Source: an uncultured Candidatus Saccharibacteria bacterium (GTDB taxonomy: Bacteria > Patescibacteriota > Minisyncoccia > Phycocordibacterales > UBA9988). From it: a stretch of DNA of 64,000 nt. The stretch covers positions 8,848-72,847 of the forward strand of contig CAYNXC010000003.1 of assembly GCA_964401135.1 (NCBI GenBank). Reading direction: 5' to 3'. Within the stretch, counting starts at the first letter, position 1, and each line of letters begins with the position of its first letter. The position numbers and the translations under genes are program-made. This document shows positions 36,242 through 45,288 of this stretch, piece after piece. Below the pieces are notes generated by a model. It did not search any database and had not been told where the DNA came from. It saw nothing but the letters and a program-made list of their open reading frames with translations.

Positions 36242-37609
36242 TTAAAAATCTCCAAAGTCCCCCTTCTCAATAGAAGAGAAACTAACTAAGTTCTGATCAA
36301 AGAATAGGTCTACCTGTCCCACTGGGCCATTCCGGTGCTTTGCAATAAGAATCTTTGCAACATTATCGCGTCCAGGACCATCCTCTCGGTACTCACGGTG
36401 GATGAAGAGTACCACGTCGGCATCTTGTTCAATGGATCCGGAGTCTCTAAGATCAGAGAGCCGTGGCTCACCTCCACGGCTCTCTACGGAACGGTTCAAC
36501 TGCGAAAGTGCAATAACGGGCACATCCAGTTCGCGGGCAAGTGACTTGAGCGAACGGGAGATCTCTGTGACCTGCTGGACAACTGAGTCAGATGAAGTAC
36601 GAGGTGTCATCATTTGGAGATAATCAATGATGATAAGGCCAAGCCCATGTTCAGCCTTCATTCTGCGTGACACTGCACGCATACGCATAATATTGTTGCC
36701 AGGCTCATCATCAATGAAGATTGGTGCGCGAGAAAATACATCCAAGGTGTCACGCAGACGAGTAAAGTCAGCATCATCATGGAGCCGGCCAGTACGCAAC
36801 TTCCATGAATCAACGCGCCCCTCTGCCACGAGCATTCTTTCAACCAATTGCCCAGTGCTCATCTCTAAAGAAAAGATGCCAACTGGCACATCATGTCGGA
36901 GTGCCGCGTGTCGTGCAATATCCAAAGCAAAAGCAGTCTTACCCATTGATGGTCGTGCCGCGATGATAATGAGGTCAGAATTTTGGAATCCAGAAAGCTG
37001 ATTATCCAGTGTGGTGAAACCACTCGGCACCCCACGCAAAGTATTATCTGATTTGTGTAGTCGCTCAAAGCGATCCCACGCGGTAGCAAGCGTATCTTTG
37101 ATGTGAATAAAGGTACGCTTTGCAAAATTGCCAAGCTCGTACACTTTCTTACCCGCGGCATCAAGAATTGCATCCAATTCTTCATGTTCAGAAAATCCTA
37201 GTTCAGAAAGTTCTTCAGAGGCACGAATCAACTGACGAAGAGCAAATTTCTTATGCACAATATCAGCGTAGTGCTCCAAGTTGGCAGCACTCGGGACCAT
37301 GCTTGAAAGCTCTGCCAAGTAGCTCCCACCTCCAGCACGATCAAGCAACCCTCGCTCTCGGAGCATTGATGTGACCGAGATGAGGTCAATTGGTTCTCCT
37401 TTATTGAAAAGATCTTGCATCACGCGATAGACTTCAGCATGACGATCAGAGTAAAAAGATTCTGGCCGTACAAGATCAACGATCTGATGCATACCCTTTG
37501 GGTTCAGCATCAAGGATCCGAGGAGTGCCCGCTCCGCATCTGCATCCTGTGGGGGGATGCGGACTCCTGTCCTGAAAGCCTTAGTATCTCGTAGAGGTGC
37601 CGTCTGCAT
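36242..37609 (-). CDS. dnaB: replicative DNA helicase DnaB
   Basis: 455 aa with an N-terminal DnaB domain, Walker A GARPSMGKTAF, and the Walker B block IIIDYLQMM. Confidence 0.93.
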   Translation of the reverse strand: MQTAPLRDTKAFRTGVRIPPQDADAERALLGSLMLNPKGMHQIVDLVRPESFYSDRHAEVYRVMQDLFNKGEPIDLISVTSMLRERGLLDRAGGGSYLAELSSMVPSAANLEHYADIVHKKFALRQLIRASEELSELGFSEHEELDAILDAAGKKVYELGNFAKRTFIHIKDTLATAWDRFERLHKSDNTLRGVPSGFTTLDNQLSGFQNSDLIIIAARPSMGKTAFALDIARHAALRHDVPVGIFSLEMSTGQLVERMLVAEGRVDSWKLRTGRLHDDADFTRLRDTLDVFSRAPIFIDDEPGNNIMRMRAVSRRMKAEHGLGLIIIDYLQMMTPRTSSDSVVQQVTEISRSLKSLARELDVPVIALSQLNRSVESRGGEPRLSDLRDSGSIEQDADVVLFIHREYREDGPGRDNVAKILIAKHRNGPVGQVDLFFDQNLVSFSSIEKGDFGDF

Positions 37610-37674
37610 AGTTGATTGATTCTAACACAGAGGAGTGGAAAGAGAGGAGGGGCAAAGAGTGCGTAAGAAGTGGA

Positions 37675-39063
37675 TTAACGCTTCGACTCTACTACGGACC
37701 CTGTTTCCGTATCCCGTACCGTGTAGCCCCGTTCATCTATCTGTCTGCGGAGCTCATCCGCACGAGTAAAATCACCATTTTCTCTGGCTTCTTCCCGATC
37801 TCTGACCAGCGTGCGTATCTGCTCGGGAATCTCCCTGTCTACACGATTGGTAAGTCCGAGACCGAGCACTGGGTCGGCAAATTCAGCAAAGATCCGCTTA
37901 TCGTGAGAGGAATAATTTTCATTGCGCATTACACTCCACAAAACCTCTAGTGCTCCGGGGAGATTGAGATCATCAGCAATCTTTTCTTCAAAGGCCTTTT
38001 GTTCGTCCAGAGGAATCTTTCCGCCTTCAGGAGAGACATCGCGCACTATGCGTGAGAGACGATCGTAGGCATTCTGGGCAGCAGAAAGTGCGTCCCATGT
38101 AAAATTCATCTTCTGCCGGTAGTGCGTATTACAGACAAGGTAGCGATAGGCGAGTGGTGAAAATCCTTGCTTCTCAATGTCATATATCGTATAGGTGTTA
38201 CCAAGAGACTTACTCATCTTCTTTCCGTCAACGAGAATAAACTCTCCGTGCACCCAGTAGCGCACTACTGCATGCCCGAAGCATGCTTCGTTTTGCGCGA
38301 GCTCATTGGTGTGATGGAGGAGGAGATCAATACCTCCAACATGAAGATCAAAGAGCTCGCCAAGGTACTTGGTACTCATTGCCGAGCACTCAATGTGCCA
38401 TCCGGGAAAGCCTACTCCCCATGGAGAGTCCCACTCCATCTCTCGTCTCCCCCCACCTTCCTCCACTGAAGGAGAAAATTTCCACAATGCAAAATCAGTA
38501 CTATTTCTTTTTTCTTTGTTCTTCTCAACACGAGCACCTTCGCGCAGACCACCAATATCTAATCCTGCAAGTCTGCCATATTCAGGAAAATGATATGTAT
38601 CAAAATAAATACCATCACTCGTCCTGTAGGCGTAGCCCCTCTCTTCTAACACTCGTATGAATGCAATCTGCTCCGTGATGTGTTCTGTTGCTCGTACCCA
38701 CTGCTTAGGAGGGATGATGTTTAATTTAGACACATCTTCTCTAAAGAGAGTAAAATATTTCTCCGCAATCTTGAGAGCACTTAAGCCCTCACGTCGAGCT
38801 CCCGCAAGCAATTTATCTTCACCCTCATCACCGTCTCCGATGAGGTGCCCTACATCAGTGATATTTTGGGTTGCCTCCACAGCGTAACCTGCGAGCGTCA
38901 AGGCACGCACTAGTGTGTCTACGAGAAGATAGGTACGAAAGTTCCCAATATGTGCAGGGCCATACACTGTTGGCCCACAACTATAGATCCCCACCGATGG
39001 AGGTGAGAGCGGTATAAAATCCTCAACGCGACGAGAGAGCGTGTTAAATAGCTTTAAAACCAT
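37675..39063 (-). CDS. cysS: cysteine--tRNA ligase
   Basis: 462 aa with class I HIGH (PAHIGN) and KMSKS (KMSKSLGN) motifs and the CysRS-specific N-terminus (YSCGPTVYG). Confidence 0.93.
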   Translation of the reverse strand: MVLKLFNTLSRRVEDFIPLSPPSVGIYSCGPTVYGPAHIGNFRTYLLVDTLVRALTLAGYAVEATQNITDVGHLIGDGDEGEDKLLAGARREGLSALKIAEKYFTLFREDVSKLNIIPPKQWVRATEHITEQIAFIRVLEERGYAYRTSDGIYFDTYHFPEYGRLAGLDIGGLREGARVEKNKEKRNSTDFALWKFSPSVEEGGGRREMEWDSPWGVGFPGWHIECSAMSTKYLGELFDLHVGGIDLLLHHTNELAQNEACFGHAVVRYWVHGEFILVDGKKMSKSLGNTYTIYDIEKQGFSPLAYRYLVCNTHYRQKMNFTWDALSAAQNAYDRLSRIVRDVSPEGGKIPLDEQKAFEEKIADDLNLPGALEVLWSVMRNENYSSHDKRIFAEFADPVLGLGLTNRVDREIPEQIRTLVRDREEARENGDFTRADELRRQIDERGYTVRDTETGSVVESKR

Positions 39064-39992
39064 TTTCTGCGCTTAAAGTAGAAGAACATCAAGAGCGTTG
39101 CAATAACCATCCCAAGCAGAATAACCCAAAATCCGTAGAGAGAGTGGACAAGCGGCGTGTACTGTGTATTCATACTAAAGAGGCTCGAGACCAGCGAGAG
39201 TGGGTAGGTGAAGAAAGCCAGAATAGTGAAAATCTTCATTACCTCGTTCGTTTTTGTGGTAAGGAGAGAATCGTTTGTGGTGCGAAGGTCACCCACAATC
39301 TCTTTGTTACTTTCAATCACATTCCAGATCTCGTAGTACTCATTGAAGAGAGAGCGGATGTAAAATGAGAAGCGCTCGTCAAAAAAGTCCCCCGCATCTG
39401 ATTCCAATGAGTTAAGAAGATTCTCGTGATTCTTTAGCGCCCAGCGAAAATCTAAAAGGGAGCGATTCACTCTAGAGATACGCTGAACCATACTTTGCTC
39501 TTTGCCAGCAAATATCTGTGATTCTATATCTTTAAGATTTGAGTTAATGGACTCTAAATCATCTTCAATGGACTGATAGAGCCCCTTCATGATGTTGAAA
39601 AAGATAAAACCTGCATCTACCTTCTCTCGCGTCTTACCGCTATCCATTAACTCTCCTACCTCAAAGAGTTTAGTAAAGTCATAAAATTGATCAATGCGCT
39701 CATAGTGTACGGTGACAATGAAGTCTTTGCCGATAATAAAGTCTACTTCTCGTGAACCAGTAGAACCGTCGTCACTAAATCCTGGACGGCGGTACTCATA
39801 CTCGGGGAAGTAGAGTACGAGGTACACGGCGTTTGAATAGACATCAACTTTTGGGCGGAGAGAGGGGACACTCATCTCTTGTGCCATGATGCTGTGGATA
39901 TCAAACTCCTCTTTAATTTCTGCCACATCATCCGGAGAAGGAGACTCCATGTCAATCCATGTCACCCCACGGAAATTACTCTTGGTAATCAT
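39054..39992 (-). CDS. corA: CorA-family divalent cation transporter-like protein (signature loop reads SMN rather than GMN)
   Basis: 312 aa with a cytoplasmic N-terminal domain, two C-terminal TM helices, and YPLSLVSSLFSMNTQ at the position of the conserved (Y/F)GMN loop. Confidence 0.72.
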   Translation of the reverse strand: MITKSNFRGVTWIDMESPSPDDVAEIKEEFDIHSIMAQEMSVPSLRPKVDVYSNAVYLVLYFPEYEYRRPGFSDDGSTGSREVDFIIGKDFIVTVHYERIDQFYDFTKLFEVGELMDSGKTREKVDAGFIFFNIMKGLYQSIEDDLESINSNLKDIESQIFAGKEQSMVQRISRVNRSLLDFRWALKNHENLLNSLESDAGDFFDERFSFYIRSLFNEYYEIWNVIESNKEIVGDLRTTNDSLLTTKTNEVMKIFTILAFFTYPLSLVSSLFSMNTQYTPLVHSLYGFWVILLGMVIATLLMFFYFKRRKWF

Positions 39993-40018
39993 CGGTAAAC
40001 TATAGTATACTCTCCCGT

Positions 40019-41269
40019 ATGTGGAATGACAAACCGCTCATCCGGACTCTCCTCTCTCTCTTTGCTATCAGCTTGCCGCTCGCATTTTTGAGTGGCGCTT
40101 ACCTGATGCCTCTGGGAAATAAAGCAAATGCAGGCATCTCTTGCGTCCTAAATACTCAAAGTGGAAGGACGGACGATATAGATTTTGCACCGTTCTGGCG
40201 GGCATGGCAGGTTATTGATCAAAAGTATATTGCCACTACGGTCGCAAGTACCAGTACCTCTACCAAGGAAGCGGATCCAAACGCACGAGTGTGGGGAGCG
40301 ATCTCCGGCATGGTAGATGCGCTTGGTGACCCATACACGGTCTTTCTCCCTCCAACAGAAAAAGAATTATTTGATGAAGATATCAAGGGGAGCTTCGGGG
40401 GAGTGGGGATTGAGCTTGGTGTCCGTGACGGAATCCTCACTGCAATCTCTGCACTGGAGGGGACACCGGCAAAACGAGCTGGCATTCAATCGGGAGATAA
40501 GATAATCAAGGTAGACGGTATCAGTACAGAAAAGATGGTGTCAGAGCGCGCCATGACCCTCATCCGTGGAGAGGTAGGCACACAGGTGACACTCACACTC
40601 TACCGCGAAGGGGTCAAAGAGCCCTTTGATATCTCTATTACTCGTGCAATCATTGATATCCCCACGCTTGAAACAAAGACACTCCCTGGGAACATTTTTA
40701 TTATACGGCTCTACAATTTTACCGGGAAGTCTGATTCGCTCTTCAAAGATGCAGTGAAGAAATTCGTAGCAAGCGGGAGTACTAGATTAATTATAGACTT
40801 GCGTGGTAATCCTGGTGGTTACTTAGATTCGGCAGTAGAGATTTCTAGCTGGTTCCTCCCCGAGGGAAAAGTGGTGCTCCGAGAACAAGTGGGGCCCAAA
40901 AGATCAGAACGAATCCACCGCACGACGCATAAGGGTATTATCATGAAAAATGTGCGCCTTGCCATATTAATTGACGGGGGGAGCGCTTCTGCATCAGAGA
41001 TTATGGCGGGCGCCTTGCGCGAGCACGGCGTGGCGAAATTGATTGGTACCAAGTCCTTTGGGAAAGGTTCTGTGCAAGAGCTCGTACCGATTACAAAAGA
41101 GACATCGCTTAAGGTTACTATCGCACGCTGGCTCACCCCTCTGGGGAACTCACTCTCACACAATGGCCTTGAGCCCGACATAAAAGTCATCCCAACAGCA
41201 GAAGATATCAAAGCAGGGAGGGACGCGCAGATGGAACGCGCGGTCTCGTATGTACTCAATTACCGTTAA
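40019..41269 (+). CDS. ctpA: carboxyl-terminal processing protease (S41 family)
   Basis: 416 aa with a signal/anchor, a PDZ domain (GIQSGDKIIKVDG), and the S41 catalytic region (IIDLRGNPGG, Ser-Lys dyad context). Confidence 0.88.
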   Translation: MWNDKPLIRTLLSLFAISLPLAFLSGAYLMPLGNKANAGISCVLNTQSGRTDDIDFAPFWRAWQVIDQKYIATTVASTSTSTKEADPNARVWGAISGMVDALGDPYTVFLPPTEKELFDEDIKGSFGGVGIELGVRDGILTAISALEGTPAKRAGIQSGDKIIKVDGISTEKMVSERAMTLIRGEVGTQVTLTLYREGVKEPFDISITRAIIDIPTLETKTLPGNIFIIRLYNFTGKSDSLFKDAVKKFVASGSTRLIIDLRGNPGGYLDSAVEISSWFLPEGKVVLREQVGPKRSERIHRTTHKGIIMKNVRLAILIDGGSASASEIMAGALREHGVAKLIGTKSFGKGSVQELVPITKETSLKVTIARWLTPLGNSLSHNGLEPDIKVIPTAEDIKAGRDAQMERAVSYVLNYR

Positions 41270-41272
41270 GCT

Positions 41273-41719
41273 ATGAAAGTAATTTTCCTTCGCGATGTCC
41301 CACGAGTAGGGAAGAAGTATGAGGTACGAGAAGTTGCAGACGGTTACGCAAGGAATTTTTTGCTGACACGAGGGTTTGCAAGAATAGCAACAAAGGGTGC
41401 CATAGCGGAATTGAGCGAGAAAGAGAGCTCGCGGAAAAGTAGTAAGGAAGTACAGATCTCTCTCTTAGAAAAAGCTTTGGATAAATTGAGCGAGAGAAGC
41501 CTCACACTTACAAAACCAGCAAATGAGAAAGGCCACCTCTTTTCTCAGATACACCCAAAAGAGATTGCAGAAGCATTGAGTAAACAGATAGATGTTTCCT
41601 TCTCTGGAGATGCAATTATAATAGAAGAGCCCATTAAATCACTCGGGCCGCATACGATAGAGATTGCCGTGCAGGATCACCGCACGGCACTAACACTTAT
41701 TATAGAGAAAGAAACTTAA
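41273..41719 (+). CDS. rplI: 50S ribosomal protein L9
   Basis: 148 aa. The N-terminus [30 protein letters not shown] is a clear L9 signature. Confidence 0.9.
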   Translation: MKVIFLRDVPRVGKKYEVREVADGYARNFLLTRGFARIATKGAIAELSEKESSRKSSKEVQISLLEKALDKLSERSLTLTKPANEKGHLFSQIHPKEIAEALSKQIDVSFSGDAIIIEEPIKSLGPHTIEIAVQDHRTALTLIIEKET

Positions 41720-41988
41720 GAGATGTGGACGATCTTTGCGCGTCGAGTGGTACCGTCAAATCTGTCCTTGCGCGTCTCAGAAAAAGAGACTACCCCCTTC
41801 GCTCCAGCATAGAGTGTATGATCTTTACCGATACGGACATTTCTACCTGCAAGAATTTTGGTCCCGCGCTGACGCACAATAATCTCTCCCGGGGCTACTT
41901 GCTCTCCAGCATAGCGCTTAACCCCCAAGTATTTTGGGTTTGAATCACGCAGATTTTTGGCTGTTCCGCCAGCCTTCCTATGTGCCAT
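41716..41988 (-). CDS. rpmA: 50S ribosomal protein L27
   Basis: Starts [25 protein letters not shown], the L27 consensus. I use the ATG at 41988; the track ORF extends a further 22 codons upstream. Confidence 0.93.
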   Translation of the reverse strand: MAHRKAGGTAKNLRDSNPKYLGVKRYAGEQVAPGEIIVRQRGTKILAGRNVRIGKDHTLYAGAKGVVSFSETRKDRFDGTTRRAKIVHIS

Positions 41989-42005
41989 GGTATAATTATC
42001 GTCAA

Positions 42006-42386
42006 ATGAGTAACCTCGCCATAATACCAAAGGGAAGCCCCATTGGCAAGTCACTCCTTGATCGATTCTTTGTACCCGTCCTCATCATTCTCTCCTGCCT
42101 GCTCTCTTTTGGGGTAGGACGCTATGCACAGGTGCAGGGGAAAACAGAACCAGTAACAATTGAGGAGATCTCACTTCCTGTAGGCGCATATGTTGTACAG
42201 AAAGAAGAAATCTCTCAAAGAGAGGAGGGGACAGTGGTCGCCTCAAGAAATGGAACAAAATACCACCTCCCAGGCTGTCCTGGGGCAGGACAGATAAAAG
42301 AAGAAAATAAAATCTGGTTTGAGAGTAGCGCTGCCGCAGTCGCAGCAGGCTACAGCCCTGCAGCAAATTGCCCAGGCTTAAAATAA
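42006..42386 (+). CDS. membrane-anchored protein with a C-terminal sunset / Ada-Zn-binding-like domain
   Basis: An N-terminal TM helix, then the paired motifs YHLPGCPG ... F.S...A.AAGY.P...CPG characteristic of the sunset domain. I use the ATG at 42006 (MSNLAIIP). Confidence 0.55.
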   Translation: MSNLAIIPKGSPIGKSLLDRFFVPVLIILSCLLSFGVGRYAQVQGKTEPVTIEEISLPVGAYVVQKEEISQREEGTVVASRNGTKYHLPGCPGAGQIKEENKIWFESSAAAVAAGYSPAANCPGLK

Positions 42387-42493
42387 GATAATCTCTCCAC
42401 CTGTGCGAAACAGGGGAGTGGATAAAGCTACTAGTCTAGCGCGACTATGCTATACTATTCAAGTCACCAAAAGCTCATTAATTCATACAAAAG

Positions 42494-42964
42494 ATGTCTA
42501 TGCAAAAATCGCTCATCTCGGCCATTGTAATACTCGTCGTACTAACCGCAGGGTACTGGTGGTACTCCGGACGGCAGGAGGAGGGGATAGATGGGGATAC
42601 AGCCTCCTCTACCATCCCCATCTCGGAACAGAGTATTGTTACCGTCAAGCATGCTTACAAAAATGGTTCGCACATCATTGTCGGATCTTTGATGCTCCCT
42701 ACACCCTGTGAAGAATTGAGTTGGGATACTATGGTAGCCAAGTCTATGCCCGAGCAAGTTGCCATTAACTTCACCACTAGGACCAAGAGTGGGAGTGAGG
42801 TATGCGCACAAGTCCTTACCGCTCGATCTTTCAAGGTCACTGTGCAGGCGGGTGAGCAGGCGCGCTTTTCTGCAACGCTCAATGGGACTCCCCTACGATT
42901 GAACATAATTGAGGCAGGGGAGGGGGAGGATTTAGAAAATTTTGAAGTGAACATCAAGGGGTAG
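42494..42964 (+). CDS. hypothetical secreted or membrane-anchored protein
   Basis: 156 aa with an N-terminal hydrophobic helix. No known family. Two strong terminators follow it. Confidence 0.5.
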   Translation: MSMQKSLISAIVILVVLTAGYWWYSGRQEEGIDGDTASSTIPISEQSIVTVKHAYKNGSHIIVGSLMLPTPCEELSWDTMVAKSMPEQVAINFTTRTKSGSEVCAQVLTARSFKVTVQAGEQARFSATLNGTPLRLNIIEAGEGEDLENFEVNIKG

Positions 42965-42973
42965 AAAATAAAC

Positions 42974-43019
42974 AAAAAATCCCCACTGCTCCAGTTAGGA
43001 GGAGAGTGGGGATTTTTTG
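42974..43019 (+). terminator. rho-independent terminator
   Basis: An AAATCCCCACT / AGTGGGGATTT stem followed by TTTTTG. Confidence 0.75.
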
Positions 43020-43053
43020 TTATATGATTCTATAGTGTACGAAGCCGGTTCAG

Positions 43054-43103
43054 AAAAAAATATCATGTCGCACAACATAGATTTTGCGACATGATATTTT
43101 TAA
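43054..43103. terminator. bidirectional terminator (serves the minus-strand SLT gene)
   Basis: An ATATCATGTCGCA / GCGACATGATAT stem flanked by an A7 run upstream and a T5 run downstream. Confidence 0.7.
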
Positions 43104-43600
43104 ATAGCTAAGGAGGGGTTGGACCAACAGGGTCTACTCCAATTCCAGTGGCGACTCCCATCCTGCTTGAGTAGATACATAGCGTAGGCAATGTTCCCTT
43201 CTGTCGTATGAAAGTCAAAGCCTAATCCTCTACTGCGCTCTAAATGATATTTTTCATTAATCTGAAAGAGGCCTATATCGCTGGGATTGCGGACGCCTCG
43301 GACCACTTCTCCGGTCTTAGAGTCAAATTGGCGCAGTGAGCTCTCACAGTACGCAATTTTACGAGCTAGGGAGGCATCTACTCCAGTAGACTTGGCGGCA
43401 CGAGTAATACGGTCGCTCATACTAAGATCGACATCTCTTTGGGTACTTGCAGAACCTGTAGCCCCCGTAGCTATGGGGACGGGGGAGAAATCGAACTCTC
43501 CCTTAGCCATAACCAGCTCCATAAAGCTGGGAGCTGTGGTAGACGCATCTAAAATGCCGGACGACTTATCCACAGGGGTACTTGATGCTACATTTGTCAC
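43100..43600 (-). CDS. lytic transglycosylase-like (SLT/lysozyme-like domain) protein
   Basis: 166 aa. The C-terminal domain has the catalytic-Glu context IAYCESS and a downstream GLFQIN motif typical of the SLT/goose-lysozyme-like family. The N-terminal half is low-complexity and rich in Ser/Thr/Ala. Confidence 0.62.
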   Translation of the reverse strand: MTNVASSTPVDKSSGILDASTTAPSFMELVMAKGEFDFSPVPIATGATGSASTQRDVDLSMSDRITRAAKSTGVDASLARKIAYCESSLRQFDSKTGEVVRGVRNPSDIGLFQINEKYHLERSRGLGFDFHTTEGNIAYAMYLLKQDGSRHWNWSRPCWSNPSLAI

Positions 43601-43755
43601 TGCTATGAGGCTTGCGAGACCTATTTGTACGGTTCGTAATATAGGCTTGAAATCAAAAGAAAATGGCTATACATAAGGGACTACCCGACTGTATAGCCTA
43701 GGTCTATACTAGCAGAATGCAAGCATATTGTCAAGTATCTTACGGTGTGTTATAA

Positions 43756-43992
43756 CTATGAATCTGCTTTCTCGAGAGGGTAGACTACATAAGTAGTAAA
43801 TGTCTTCACAATCCAGATCCGAGCAGGACGACTTACTACCCAGAGCCCCTTCACTTTCTCTTTCACAAAAGAGATGTTCTGGATAACTTCAGGCCGTGCG
43901 AGCACTGCTCGGACATCCACTCTGAGGACTCCAAGGATTATGACACCGATGATAATTAGGATGATGAGTTTTAAAAATCCTCTCTGCCGCAT
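43756..43992 (-). CDS. hypothetical small membrane protein
   Basis: 78 aa with one strong TM helix (LKLIILIIIGVIILGVL). A terminator hairpin with a U-run lies downstream on the minus strand at about 43644-43680. Confidence 0.4.
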   Translation of the reverse strand: MRQRGFLKLIILIIIGVIILGVLRVDVRAVLARPEVIQNISFVKEKVKGLWVVSRPARIWIVKTFTTYVVYPLEKADS

Positions 43993-43995
43993 ATG

Positions 43996-45288
43996 TTACA
44001 AGTATAGCAGAGGATTAAGGTAGCTGTTATAGGACGCGACTGGGAGCGTATAAGTGCGTCCAGAACACCCCTTAGAGGCAAGGTCACGAATCTGCACCCC
44101 CTGAGAGGCAAAGACGGTAAAGTGGAGGTGAGGGCCCGTCGAGTAGCCTGTATTACCAACAAAGCCGATCGTCTCTCCACGAGTTACTACATTCCCCTTC
44201 TTTGTCTTAATAACCGAGAGGTGTCCGTAGAGAGTAGAGAGTCCATTATCGTGAGTGATGACCACCCACTTACCGTAAGAGGCTCCTCTGCAAGTCACGT
44301 CGGTGTCTCCTGCTCCAATCACAGTCCCGTTCTCTGCGGCATAGATGGGCGTCCCGATGGGCGCGCCAAGGTCAATTCCATTGTGCCCCTTCCCGTTATA
44401 CACTCCCGGCTTAGAACGAGAAAAGGAAGTGTCTCCAAACTCCTGTGTGATGATTGGGTTGGAGAGAGGCCAGGTGAGGACCTTTTTCCCTTGAGAGGGG
44501 AGTTTACTGGGATCAAGGATGGTCACAAGTTGTGACTCCAGCCTAGCCAAGTCAGCTTCAAAGGCCTCTTTACGCGCCTTGCGCTCAACAAGCATTTTTT
44601 GGTACTCAGACTCCTTACTCTTAGTCTCATTCAGGAGTTCCTGTTTGAGAGACTTGTTATACTCAGCAACTTTCTTCTTATCAGAGAGGTCCCCACGAAA
44701 GTCTTGTAAAGAACCTTTCTCATTCTCTCGAGCGATCTTATTGGTCTCTAGGTCTCGAGCAATCCTGCGTATATCATCAATACGGCTATCTAGAGAATCG
44801 CCAAGCTGTGCGAGTGAATCAATCTGTAACCAAAATTGCGAGAAATCCTCATTCCCTAGGAGCAGTTCGATGGGAGTAATGTTCTCTTGCTCATCGAGAG
44901 CGCGGACAATAGAGGAGAGGCCATGCTGACTCCGTTCAAGCTCTGTCCCCTTCTTCCCTATCTCTTGCGAGAGTTCAAGAATTTTCAATTGCGAAGCCTC
45001 TATCTTCTTTTCCGTCAGCTTGATATCAGTGTCTAACTTCTTACTCGTTGTTGTGAGATCATTGACCGCGCCAGAGATACTCCCGATCTCTTTGCGAGTT
45101 TTTTTGAGCTCGTCCTGATATTTTTGTATCTCTGCCTCTAGCCGTTTAATTTCTGCATTGCGTGTTTCTATTTTTGCACGCACCTCATCCGCACTCTGTC
45201 CTATCGCAGGAAGAGCCACAAAAAAAATTGGTGCAAGAGTGCACAATACCAAGGCGCAGAGGAATATTTTATGAGAACGATTGTGCAT
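43996..45288 (-). CDS. M23 family metallopeptidase with a long N-terminal coiled coil (EnvC/NlpD-like murein hydrolase activator or hydrolase)
   Basis: The C-terminal LytM domain carries the metal ligands HNGIDLGAP and YGHLS ... GPHLHF. A signal peptide is followed by about 250 aa of heptad-rich coiled coil. I use the ATG at 45288 (MHNRSHKIF). Confidence 0.85.
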   Translation of the reverse strand: MHNRSHKIFLCALVLCTLAPIFFVALPAIGQSADEVRAKIETRNAEIKRLEAEIQKYQDELKKTRKEIGSISGAVNDLTTTSKKLDTDIKLTEKKIEASQLKILELSQEIGKKGTELERSQHGLSSIVRALDEQENITPIELLLGNEDFSQFWLQIDSLAQLGDSLDSRIDDIRRIARDLETNKIARENEKGSLQDFRGDLSDKKKVAEYNKSLKQELLNETKSKESEYQKMLVERKARKEAFEADLARLESQLVTILDPSKLPSQGKKVLTWPLSNPIITQEFGDTSFSRSKPGVYNGKGHNGIDLGAPIGTPIYAAENGTVIGAGDTDVTCRGASYGKWVVITHDNGLSTLYGHLSVIKTKKGNVVTRGETIGFVGNTGYSTGPHLHFTVFASQGVQIRDLASKGCSGRTYTLPVASYNSYLNPLLYL

